Part shown: piece by piece, positions 37,001 to 49,800 of the stretch | Position numbering within the stretch: position 1 is the first letter of the stretch | Layout: each line of letters starts with the position of its first letter | From: Octopus sinensis | Lineage: Eukaryota | DNA length: 64,000 nt | Assembly (NCBI RefSeq): GCF_006345805.1 | Contig: NC_042999.1 | Location: 24,614,001 to 24,678,000, forward strand | Reading direction: 5' to 3' | Position numbers and translations under genes: made by a program | Notes under the pieces: generated by a model | Databases searched by the model: none | What the model was told of the DNA's origin: nothing | What the model saw: only the letters and a program-made list of their open reading frames with translations

Positions 37001-40000
37001 ACATTATAACCAAATACTCTATTAAGAATTTCTTTAGGCTAAAAATCTTTGATAGTCTTGATCAAGCAGATATTATGTCAAAGATATTCCAACCATGAAC
37101 ATCCTAACTTACTGTATTGTCTTTATATTATATGATCCAATGGGTCCTTTTTTTAAGGAAGTAAGCTATGATTTGAAGGCAGTTTGTCTGCTATACTAGC
37201 AAACAGAGGTTTCCTATAAACTCATTACAGAAAATATAGTTATCGAGGTTGAGTATTAATAAGTCAATATCTCAAAAGAGTTATCAATTAAAGATTCCTG
37301 GCAAGGGGGTCAAATAAAAGCTAGTAACTTACCTCACATAATCATCTTGTTCTGCTACCTTAGCTAGAGAGAGGAGACAGTCGTATACAGCAAGATGTGA
37401 CACTGCCTTGCGATAATTTTGATATCTTTCTTGGAAGGAACTAATTTATAAAAAGAAAAATAATAAAATAATAATAATAATACTGGTTTTAAATTTTGGC
37501 ACAAGGCCAGCAATTTTGGGGTATGGAGCAAGTCGATTAGATTGACCCCAGTGCTCAGCTGGTACTTATTTTATTGAGACCAAAAGGAGGAAAAGCAAAG
37601 TTGACCTCGGCAAGATTTGAATTCAGAATGCAAGGGCAGACGAATTGCTGCTAAGCATTTTGCCCAGTGTGCTAATGATTCTGCCAGTTTATCACCTTAA
37701 CAACAACAACAACAACAAAAGAAGAGGGGGTATTTTGGTTACACACAGACATCAGTTTTTCTTTTTCTCACACCTGTTAGCATTTTCAGATGCAAAATTT
37801 TGTTGTCTCTTGGTATCTGTGGTTGAGACTTGGGTGCAAGTTGTATAATAATAGGCAGAAGGTCACAAATTATATCAATCCTAGTATTTGATTAGTGCTT
37901 TAGTTTATTGCTCACTCCATTAGAAGGATGAAAAACAAAACTGATTGCTGTGGTATTTTAAACTCAGAGGTAAGGATACAGAACTAAACATTGCAAGGTA
38001 TTGGATTAATGGATTCTTCTCCCTTCTTGTAGTACATTAATTTATGCTACTATTAAACTGTTAGCAGTTTCTGATGCCAATAATGTAGACCATCAGTATT
38101 TTCTTCAGATTTTACTGTTTTCTTTGTAGACAGTAGTTCTGCACTTTACTGGCAAACACTAAAACATTCTCTCTTTGTTAGCAAGATTTATAAGTTTTTG
38201 GCAGTGAACTGACAGAATTGTTAGCATACTGGGTGACATGCTTAGTTGCATTTTGTTTGTCTTTTCAAATTCAAATTCTGCTGAGGTCGACTTTGCCTTT
38301 CATCCTTTCAAGGGTCAAGAAAATAAGTACCAGCTGAGTGTTGGGGGTTAATGTAATCGGTTTAAATCCTCCTCCAAAAGTGTTGGCCTTGTACCAAAAT
38401 TTGAAACTAGAATCATAAGTTTCTGGATTAGTAACCTCATCTTCAGAGATAAATCATTTTTTAACTATATGCATTTACATTGCATTTAAATAGTTGAGAG
38501 AGAGAGAGAGAGAAAGCTGGACAGACAAACAAAGAAAATAATGTTCTTTTCACAAAAATCTTCAGACATCAGTCATAAAACTTACTTGAGAAATTCAATC
38601 CAAGAATCATTGCAGACAATCTCAAGTTGCTCTTTGTGTTGATTTAGAAGTTTACATTTTTCTTGAATGAAAGGTGAATGGAAACGAGAAACGGTTTTGG
38701 TACTGGAACAAGAGATGAAAATTAATAAATATAAGCGAGAGTAACAAACTAGTGGTTGGATTAGTGTCTGGAATGTTTGTGCTGTACCTGTACTAGTCAT
38801 CATAAGCATCATCATCATTTAACGTCCGTTTTCCACGCTAGCATGGGTTGGACGGTTCGACCGGGGTCTGGTAAGCCATGGAGGCTACACCAGGCTCTAG
38901 TCTGATTTGGCAGTGTTTCTACAGCTGGATGCCCTTCCTAACGCCAACCACTCCATGAGTGTAGTGGGTGTTTTTTACATGCCACCGGCACAGGGGCCAG
39001 GGCAGGCTGGCAAACGGCCATGACCGGTTGGTGCTTTTATGTGTCACCGACACGTACGCCAGTCAGGCGATGCTAGTATCTGCCACGTTCGGACGGTGCT
39101 TTTTACGTGTCTTCGGCATGGGTGTCTTAACTACAATTTCCATTTGAATTTTTATTTTGATGTTGACGTTCTTGACTCAACAGGTCTCCTCAAGAACAGC
39201 AAGCATCAAATCGAGATAAGCTCATGATGGGGGTCAACAATACATTGTTTTTCAAGATACAATATTACTGTTTACATGAATTGTTTCTTCTAACTTAACT
39301 ATTTATATTTGCAACATAATTCATTATATGGAATGGCCATGGCTGGAAAGCAGTAACATACAGTGGTCCTTGTCATAATGTATACTGCAGTGCTGAACAT
39401 ACCACTGCGGATTTCATAATTCGTTTACTTGCTTCAATCATTTAACTGCAGCCATGCTGGAGCACTGCCTTTAGTTGAATAAATCGACCCTAGGGCTTAT
39501 TCATTGTAAGCTTAGTACTCATTCTATCGATCTCTTCTGCTCAACTGCCAAGTTACAGGACGTAAACACACCAACATTGGTTGTCAAGCGATAGTGGGGG
39601 GGGACAAACACAAACACATATATATGACAGGCTTCTTTTAGCTTCCATCTACCAAATCCACTCATAAGGCTTTGGTTGACTCGAGGCTATAGAAGAAGAT
39701 ACCTGCCTAAGGTGCCATGCAGTGGGACTGACCCAGAAACATGTGATTGTGAAGCAAGCTTCTTACCACACAGTCACACCTGCACCTAAGTATTACAAAA
39801 AAAAATGAAAAATGAAAAAAATAAAAATTGCCATAATTTTTGTTTCTCAGTAAGCATTATTAGATCTGAAAGTAAATTATGACCAATAGACGCAGGAGAG
39901 GGTGTATGGTAAGTAGCTTGCTTACAAATCACATGGTTCCAGGTTCAGTCCCACTGCATGGCACCTTGAGCAAGAGTCTTCTACTATAGCCTCGGGCTGA

Positions 40001-43000
40001 CCAAAGCCTTGTGAGTGGATTTGGGAGACAGAAACTGAAAGAAGCCTGTCGTATATATGTATGGAAAAGACCCCTTACTCCTCAGCATAAGTGTTAAGAT
40101 TGGTCCCTCTGGTGGTGTAAAGCACTTGTAGCATTCTCTGTGTGTATGTGTTTGTGTGTCTGTGTTTGTCCCCACCACCCAACATTGCTTGACAACTGAT
40201 GCTGGTGTGTTTATGCCCAAATAACTTAGCAGTTCGGTGAAAGAGACCAATAGAAAAAGGACCAGGATTAGAAAACAATGTCCCTGTAACTTAGTGGTTC
40301 GGCCAAAGAGACTGATAGAATAAGTACTAGGCTTACAAAGACTAAGTCCTGGGGTCGATTTGCTTGACTAAAAGGTGGTGCTCCAGCATGGCCATGGTCA
40401 AATGACTGAAACCCCACCCAAAAAAAAAAAGAAAAATTACATCATGATGAGAATAATTATAAAGAAATTTAGTTTCAGTTAATGAATTTCCAATAAATAT
40501 ATGTAGTCATTGTATGTATACAACTTAACATAAGATGTGTGCTAGTGATATGTTGCTCATCCTTCAGTCTTTATTTTTGTAATCTTCCCATTATTTCCCC
40601 GTCCATCTTGAACTGTATCATAATACAAATGGCTATAGGCTATGTACTGCTATCTTAGAAAACCTGCCACAGCAGAAAATTTATTACATTATTGAGTGAG
40701 CTTAGCATTTATGATGAATTTAACATCTTTGGTGACAGTGCAGTACTCACATGGCACACCTAATATCATCATCATCATCGTTTAACGTCCGTTTTCCGTG
40801 CTAGCACGGGTTGGACGGTTCGACCGGGGATCTGGGAAGCCAGAAGGCTGCACCAGGCTCCAGTCTTTTCTGGCAATGTTTCTACAGCTGGATGCCCTTC
40901 CTAACGCCAACCACTCCATATCCTTATTAATTGATGGAGCTGCTAATTATAGCATTCAACAAATTAATGTGATATTGGAGAAAATAAATGACAGCCTACC
41001 TGCTAATCTTAATCCATTCTGATGGAACTGTGTTCAACATATTGTTTTTGACTTCAATTTGGAACTAAAAGAAGAAAAAAAAAAGAGGCAGAAAAACTGA
41101 AATTATAATTTAAAGTTTTACTCAAAAAATTCTGATCCTACATCTGGCAAATTTTGACCTTATAATTGATGCAAATTTGCAACAAGAATAAGATCTTCAT
41201 ACAAATTGCTGAAAGATGTCAGTCAGTAACAATTATTTTCAAAATTAATTTCACAAAGTGAATTTTTGTAAGATAGGGAAGAAGTAGCCATTGTTTGAAC
41301 TGAACCTAGAGTATTACTGGTAGTAGATGTTTTTAATACCAAAGGGATCAAAGGGATACGTGCCTTATCTTTTGTTCAGATTGACCAATGAAAGAATATG
41401 GTGAGTGTGTGTGTGTGTGTGTAAGCAATAAATTCTAAGATCTCAGAGATTCACAAGAACACAAGATAGAATGTCATGTGGTCATTTGTTCCAACTTTCT
41501 ATACACAGAGTTATGCCTTTCATTTATTGGAACTGATAAAAAAAATGAAGCCATCTAGGCTGGTGAATTTGCAAAACTGTAAGAACATCAAACAGGATGC
41601 CTTGTGGTATCTGTACTAGCGCTTTGTATCTTGAATTCAAATTCTGTCAAGGTCTGCTTAAATGACAGACTAAATCCCTAAATCTGCAACCAGGTTTAAC
41701 TGTTTAGCAATCAGATTACTGTGGGATGACATCAGCAGCTGGGGAGCTGAGCGGAACTTGGGGCTGACCAGAAGGGGCAGTAGTGACGCGCGCGCAGGTA
41801 GGGTAGTAGCATGCGACCTTTTTCGATCGCGGTCGCCGAACGAGTAAGACGGGTCAGCATGTTGTTAAAGTTGGGAGAAGCAGATGCTATTTCTAGCGTT
41901 CGGGTCGGGCTGTGTTGAAGGATCCATTACCGCTGAAGGGTCTCCATCTGAGCAAAGAGAAGGTAGGTGCCTTTATTTCGAATCTCTTGCATACACCACA
42001 ATTACTCAGTTATTGTTTTCAATTAATTAGGCATTATCTTGTAGTTTTGAGATTTTGATAATGTGATTGTTTATTTTTAGAATATTGTGGAGTAAGTGTG
42101 GAATGGAAGCACTCCGTCGGTTACGATGACGAGGGTTCCGGTTGATCCGAATCAACGGAACAGCCTGCTCGTGAAATTAATGTGTAAGTAACTGAGCACT
42201 CCACAAACACGTGCACCCTTAACGTAGTTCTCGGGGATATTCAGCGTGACACAGTGAGTGACAAGGCCAGCCCTTTGAAATACAGGTGCAACAGAAACAG
42301 GAAGTAAGAGTGAGAGAAAGTTGTGGTGAAAGAGTACAGCAGGGATCACCACCATCCCCTGCCGGAGTCTCGTGGAGCTTTTAGGTGTTTTTGCTCAATA
42401 AACACTCACAACGCCCGGTCTGGGAATCGAAACCATGATCCTATGACTGCGAGTCCGCTGCCCTAACCACTGGGCCATTGCGCCTCCGGAGTAAGTGTAA
42501 GGCCATATCTAACTGGTTTGAACATAAAATAGGTAGAATATTTGAGCCAGACGATGGCTGGTCTAAATGCTAAAGGGTAAACACCACTCCCTTGCACCTT
42601 GAGTGCCTTTATCAGAGTTCACTTTGGTGTGAACCATTGTGCCAGGTCCCTGGTTTGAATATACCTCAGTATACCTCCTTCCCTCTATCCCATTAGTCTT
42701 GAATGTGACCATCACTCTTTTCAAGGTGATGGACAATCCAAGGGTGAGGGACATGTCCCTTCTTCCTGAATAAAATATCGAGCAAGATTTACGAAAACAA
42801 TTTCAAGACATACTGTTATACTAACCTCAGTCCCAGAAACAGTGGTATAGTTAAAGGAAGGCACTCTCAAAATTTTCCTAATCGTACTGCGATGTTGGTC
42901 AATTTCATTTTGAACTTCTCGAATCTTAGACTTTTGGTCTTTGATGGCAGGAAATTGGGAATCATCAACAAATAACTGAGTTTTGTCATTAGACCTGAAA

Positions 43001-46000
43001 GAAACAAGCAACATGACAATTACTACTGCTACTACTATCACTTATTATTATTATTATTATTAAACCAGTGAGCTGGCAGAATCATACTGGACAAGATGTT
43101 TTGCAGCATTTCTTCTGGTTTTACATACTGGGTTCAAATTCTGCCGAGATCAACTTTGCCTTTCATCTTTTTGGGATCGATAAAATAAGCACCAGATGAA
43201 TTCTGGGGCCAGTGTAATTGAGTATCCCCGCCCCCAAATTTCAGGCCGTGTGCCTATAGTAGAAACAACAACAGTGCCACCGCTGCCACCATTTTCACAA
43301 ACTAGGAAAGTTGTCTAAACTTGGTCACAAAGAATTGCCCTTTGCTTATCATTGCAGAGTAGACTTGGTACTGAATCTTTCCTGGGTAGAATCAGCACAA
43401 GTGATGAAAAATGGGTTCATATCCAATGAAAAAGGAGAATCCCTGCCCAAACAAGGACAAGCCGTAAAAAGTGATGCCATATTTGGTAGAATAAGAAGGG
43501 TATCACCTATCATGAAGTGTCAAAACAAAATGAATCAGTTAATGTGGAGGAATATTGTCATCAACTGGAAGCATTGCACAGAAACTTGCAGGAAAGCACC
43601 CACTACTGGTCAATTGCAAAAAGGGACATTCTTACACAATAATGCAAAATTACATATTGTCTAAGTCATCGTCATCATCATCATCATCATTTAGTGTCTG
43701 CTTTCCATGCCGGCATGGGTTGGACGGTTCAACTGGGGTCTGGGAAGCCAGAAGGCTGCACCAGGCCCAGTCTGATCTGGCAATGTTTCTACGGCTGGAT
43801 GCCATTCCTAACGCCAACCACTCCGTGAGTGTAGTGGGTGCTTTTTATGTGCCAGACGAGGCTGGCAAATGGCCACGATCGGATGGTGCCTTTACGTGCC
43901 ACCAGCACGGAGGCCAGGCGAGGCTGGCAACGGCCACGATCGGATGGTGCTTTTTATGTGCCACTGGCACAGAAGCCAGTCGATGGCACTAAATATAAAA
44001 GTTTCACCTCATTCTCCTTACTTTCCTGATCTTGTTTCATCTCACTGTTATCTTTTCTGACCATTGCAACATTATTTGGTGGAAAAACAGTTTATCAATT
44101 GGGAAGGGGTTAAAAATGACAGTGAGAGTTTCTCTGCTTTGAAACCTCCTCCTCCTCCTCATCATCATCGTTTAACGTCCGTTCTCCATGCTAGCATGGG
44201 TTGGACGGTTTGACCGGGATCTGGGAAGCCAGAAGGCTGCACCAGGCTCCAGTCTGATCTGGCAGTGTTTTTACAGCTGGATGCCCTTGCTAACGCCAAC
44301 CACTCCGTGAGTGTAGTGGGTGCTTTTTATGTGCCAGGCGAGACTGGCAATGGCCACGATCGGATTGGTGCTTTTTACGTGCCACCGGCATGGAAGCCAG
44401 TCAAGGCGGCGCTGGCATCGGCCACGTTCGGATGGTGCTTTTTACATGCCACCGGCACGGAAGCCAAGAATTTTATGCCTGTGGGATCAACGGTTAGGCA
44501 GTTACACTAATAATAGTAATCCATAACATAACCTTATTAATTCAAACACACAACTTACTTGGCATGTTGCAGGTTGACTGAATCACTAAAGAATGCCACG
44601 TCAGACAGTAAGTCAGGAATCTCTTGTAGAATTGTCTGCAGCAATGGAGAAGCAATCTGGTCTGCAAACATATTCTTTTGGGTGTGGAATATACTAGCTA
44701 TATTCTTCAATGAAAGACAAACTGTTGCAAATTCCAAGGGTGAGCACTGGAATAGAATAAAAAGTGCCAAGTTTTACTTTCCTCTCAAAGCAACATAGCG
44801 ATTACAATTCAGCAGCCCATCTTTGCAGTGTATGTGTGAAAGAAAGAGAGAGGGAGAAAGAATTTTGCAAACAATGAATGAAATAAACATGAAATGAAAA
44901 AATCGTATAAATAAAAGGACATTACTACACATGTATACGCTCCTAACTTTGATGCCTCATAACATCCAGAGAAATGGAAACTTTTTAGCAAAATTTTCTA
45001 CAAATACCACTTAGATGTTGTGGCTTCAGATATAGGGATTTATGGGAAGGAATTTTTCTGAGGAGGTGGAGAGAGAAGATTTAGAAAATTCACATGATCT
45101 GATTTTTTCCCCTCATAATTTTCAGGAAAATTGTTATCTTTTAATGAAAATTTATAGAAATCCCTTTCAAATGGTATACATTAAAACTTTTTCAGGGATT
45201 TTCTCCATTTTTTTTTTAAACCACAGCCTTCGAAATGATGGTGTCGGGGGGGGGGGGTCATCTTTGAATAAAATAACTTTTGAAAACTCTTTTTTTTTTA
45301 CAACACCTCCTCTCTCATCATTCCACTCTGGGCCTATTTTGGTAAATTTTTTTTGCACTTCAAAACTATGGGTAAAAAATAAAAATTAATATTTTCAGAG
45401 GGAAAAGTGAATGATTTAAGGGCAATTTGGCTGTTGTTTCTAGCACATCCAAAGACAACCCTCCTTGTTTCTTTATCACTTTCACATGCATTGATGTTTT
45501 TCAATATTTTTTCCCCATAAATACAATTATATTCTATAAAAAAGAAAATTTGAGAAATTATGAAGTTTTGGCAACCCCACTCCCTGTCCTCAATAGTTTC
45601 TGGTTAGAAATTAAAATACTGGAGAGCCTGAGAAGGTCATTGCTGGCATTTATCCACAGTGATTTAAAAAAATTATGGAGATGTACTTGCTTAGCAAGTA
45701 ACATGATTTGAGATTGTGTGCTGAAACAAAACAATTGCAGCGTGGAAGATGTTCGTAAGCCATTCAAGAACACACAAAAACTGTTAGTTTCATTTCAACA
45801 ATAAAATTTCATTTGTCTCAAAATATTTACGTCGCTTCAAAACCATGACCCGTTCACTGACAAAACTTCACAAAAGGGATGCAGCAAGAAGTTTTGACAG
45901 TGAACAGGTTGCGGTTTCAAAGCGATGGTGGGAATGAAAATTTAGATTATGATTTATTTTGTTGCTTTTCTTCCACCAATAGCCCACGCGTGTGTTACTT

Positions 46001-46798
46001 TGACATCATCATTCCATAAAATGTGTTTAATGGGAGAAAAATTAGGGTTAAATGAAGTTTAGTATTAGGTATTTTTTCCTCTTTACAAATTCAATGTGTT
46101 TAAATAAATAGATGTGAGAGAGAGATGACAAATCATGAATTGTGGTTACCTTTTTATGCAGTATTGCCGTAAGGCCCCTCTCAAGATCACCAAGCTTGAA
46201 AAGACACTTTTTCATAGCATCAAAACATTCACACTTGTTAGACAAAAGTTCTTCAACAGCAAGCTGGCGTTCATCAATGTCCCTAGAAAAATATCACAGA
46301 TTTGGCTAATTTTTTTTTTTATGTAGTTATTTATTTTTATCAACAATACACACACTTGCTAATCAAAGTCATGGAACCAGTGGAAGAGGGTAACAAGGAA
46401 AACTTGGGATGAAGTGGTTAAGGCTAACCTGAAGTTATCACATCTCATAAAGATGACAAAAGATAAACAGAAAATAAACAGAAAAATTCAAAGGAAATTT
46501 ACCTTTTTTTCATTAAGGGATTACAAACCCAAGAGCGGAGTCTCCTTTCTCCAAATTTAGTCAATGTCTTATTGAGAACCCAGAATAAACTTCCTTTTGA
46601 TTTACCACTGGTGAGATTCTTTAACAATTCCAAATTTTGAACAGATTTGGCAGGAAGCTTCATGTAAGACGATTCCAGAGAGAAACATTTGAAACCACTG
46701 GAAAAAATAATAATAAAAGAATTAAATACAAAATAAGCTTAACCCTTCAGTCTCATGCTTTTATCTATAATATATTTTTTCAGTTATTCTTCTTCTTC

Positions 46799-46839
<41 letters not shown>

Positions 46840-49800
46840 CGTCGTCGTCGTCATCATCATCGTTTAGTGTCCGCTTTCCATGCTAGCATGGGTTAGACGG
46901 TTCAACTGGGGTCTGGGAAGCCAGAAGGCTGCACCAGGTCCAGTCTGATCTGGCAATGTTTCTACAGCTGGATGCTCTTCCTAACGCTAACCACTCCGTG
47001 AGTGTAGTGGGTGCTTTTTACATGCCAGATGAGGCTGGCAAATGGCCACGATCGGATGGTGCTTTTTACATGCCACCGGCACGGAGGCCAGTCGGGGCGG
47101 CGCTGGCAACGCAGAGGCCAGTCGGGGCAGCGCTGGCAAAGAATCTTTAAATGTCTTTTAAGCTTCAAGTGATTTTATGGGCTAGTGTTAAGTGACTGAA
47201 AGATAAACTTCCTCCTAGATAAGACATTGGTAGCTATAATTTGAGACCCAACATTCTATGGTAATTTGTTGCACATTCAGAACACCAGAAGACCTACAAA
47301 CACACACATATACATACGTATATAGATAAACACACACACACACATCATTAGTGCCAGCGACACATAAAAGGCACCTATGCCAGTGACATGTAAAAGGCAC
47401 CCATGACAGTGACACATAAGAGATACCCACTAAACTCTTAACCCTTTCGTTACCAACCCGGCTGAAACCGGCTCTGGCTCTTTACTGTAAATGTCTTTTT
47501 TCCATAAGTTTTGAATTCAAATCTTCCACCAAATCTTAGTTAAAATTTATGTTCCTAACACTAGCTTAATGATAACCAAGTTATTTTACTAAATTCTTTG
47601 TTATATTTAAAATAATTGAAAGAAACAGAGCATCTCAAAATAAATACAGTAATGAAAGGGTTAAAGTGGTTGGCATTAGGAAATGCATAAGCCAAAATGA
47701 GATTGGAACCTGGTACAACTCTCCAATCTACCAGTTCCAGCCAAACCATCTAACTCATACCAGCATGGAAAACAGACGCTAAATGATGATGATGGTCATC
47801 ATCATCATAATCATTTAATACCCATTTTCTAATGATGATGATGACATTTATTTATTAATTAATCTAGCACAATCATCTTCAGTAAACAAACTCTGCTTGA
47901 TGTCAATTAATATACATATTTAACATGTGTAAATATATATATATATATACGTGAAACTTTGCTGTTAAATATGAGGGAGATTTCACCGCTACTTTTAAAA
48001 AGTCAATCAACCACATAGTTTCCCTTGTTGCCTCCTCTACTGTTATATATATATAAAACCATTATTTGTAACCCTCATTCTTTTAACACCTACTTTTCCA
48101 TTTGCATTGTTTCAGATGGAATTCACTGAAGCAGATATTCTATGGCAGGATGGCTTTTCTGTCACCAACTATCACCTATTCCCAAGTAAGGTAATATTTT
48201 CTATAATCTTTCAGCTTGGAAGATATTATTAACTTGTTTGCAGTTCAAGTTTTGCTACACTTCCTCCGCAAGGAGTGGATGATTTCACTGAAAATTGCAA
48301 ATAACTTACACTGTGTGTGTGTGCGAGTATGCATGCGTGTGTGCATGTCTCCTTGTTTTGACATAGCATGATGGTTGTATGATAGTTGTAAATGTGTATC
48401 ACCATCATAAAAGCAACGTCCTTTATTCCCAATCTTCTGTGAGGAAATATTATCTTATCTTGAAAGAAGTAAGGGCTAGTAAGAGGAAAGGCATCCAGCC
48501 ATACAAAATCTGCCTCTGCAAATTCCATATGATTCAAATGTGTGGAAAATTAGACCGTAAAATGATGATCACACACCTCATATATATCGTTTAGCGTCCG
48601 CTTTCCATGCTAGCATGGGTTGGACGTTTCAACTGGGGTCTGGGAAGCCAGAAGGCTGCACCAGGCCCAGTCTGATCTGGCAATGTTTCTACGGCTGGAT
48701 GCCCTTCCTAACGCCAACCACTCCGTGAGTGTATAGTGGGTGCTTTTTACGTGCCACCGGTACACATATAAATAAACAAGACCCAAACATCTGATTGAAA
48801 ACAACATATGAACTCACCTACTGAGTTTTAGAACTCTCTCCAACTTGAATTCAGTGAGATAAGATATAAGTGCTGACAAACAACTTATCACAGTTGGTGG
48901 TAATCCTACCACATCATGTAATCGAATGACTCCACCTTTTAATAAAAGTAAACAAATTAACACTAATTATAGAATGATTTCTGATACAAGTCCACAAACA
49001 GAAGGGGTTAACTTGATAATACTGGCATTAATATCTCTCTCACTGGTATTTTACTTTATCAACTACAGAAAGATATAAAGTTGACTTTGGTGGGATTCAA
49101 AATCAGAAAGTAATGAGAACTAAATAACAACATGGCATATTAAATATTTAAAAAAATCATTAAACAGTAATATAACTGAACATTAACAATATTTCGTTTT
49201 TGGATTTGGTTTGCAAGATTTTTTATATGAGTTCCTGTGTTGAAGCATATTCTGTTGTGTCTAGGGAGAATCATTCTCTTTTATTTAATTTTATTTAATT
49301 AGGGAATTAATATGAATTGTAATATCATAAGAGTACGTTCTTACCACAAAAAAAGTTGACTACTGTGTTAGGGATAGTAGTGGATTGAGTGTTACTAGGA
49401 GGATGAGGGATGATATTTAATATCTTAATATTTTGTCAGTGAACGGGTCATGGTTTTGAAGCGACATAAATATTGAATATGTATATTCAATATTGGGAAA
49501 TGACTTTTTTTCTCCAAATTCGTTATCCATTAAAACACAAAGAACTCTGTCAAGGATACAATGATAACAACCACACTCACCTGTAAAATTTCCACTTATT
49601 TCTTATTTTTATTTTCTAAAATTTTTGTTACATGTTGCAACCTTTTCAATAGAGTCAAGACTATTGAAAAGGTTGCAAGACGCAACGAAAATTTTAGAAA
49701 ATAAAAATAAGAAATAAGTGGAAATTTTACAGGTGAGTGTGTTAAATAAAAAGGCACTAAAAGAGAATGACTCTCCCCAGACACAACTGAACATTAACAA

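Noticed and set aside
47215-47430. Possible MSH3 exon with acceptor tttgtag at ~47295
   Set aside because: No MSH3 similarity, it ends in a stop, and the MSH3 frame is already complete without it.
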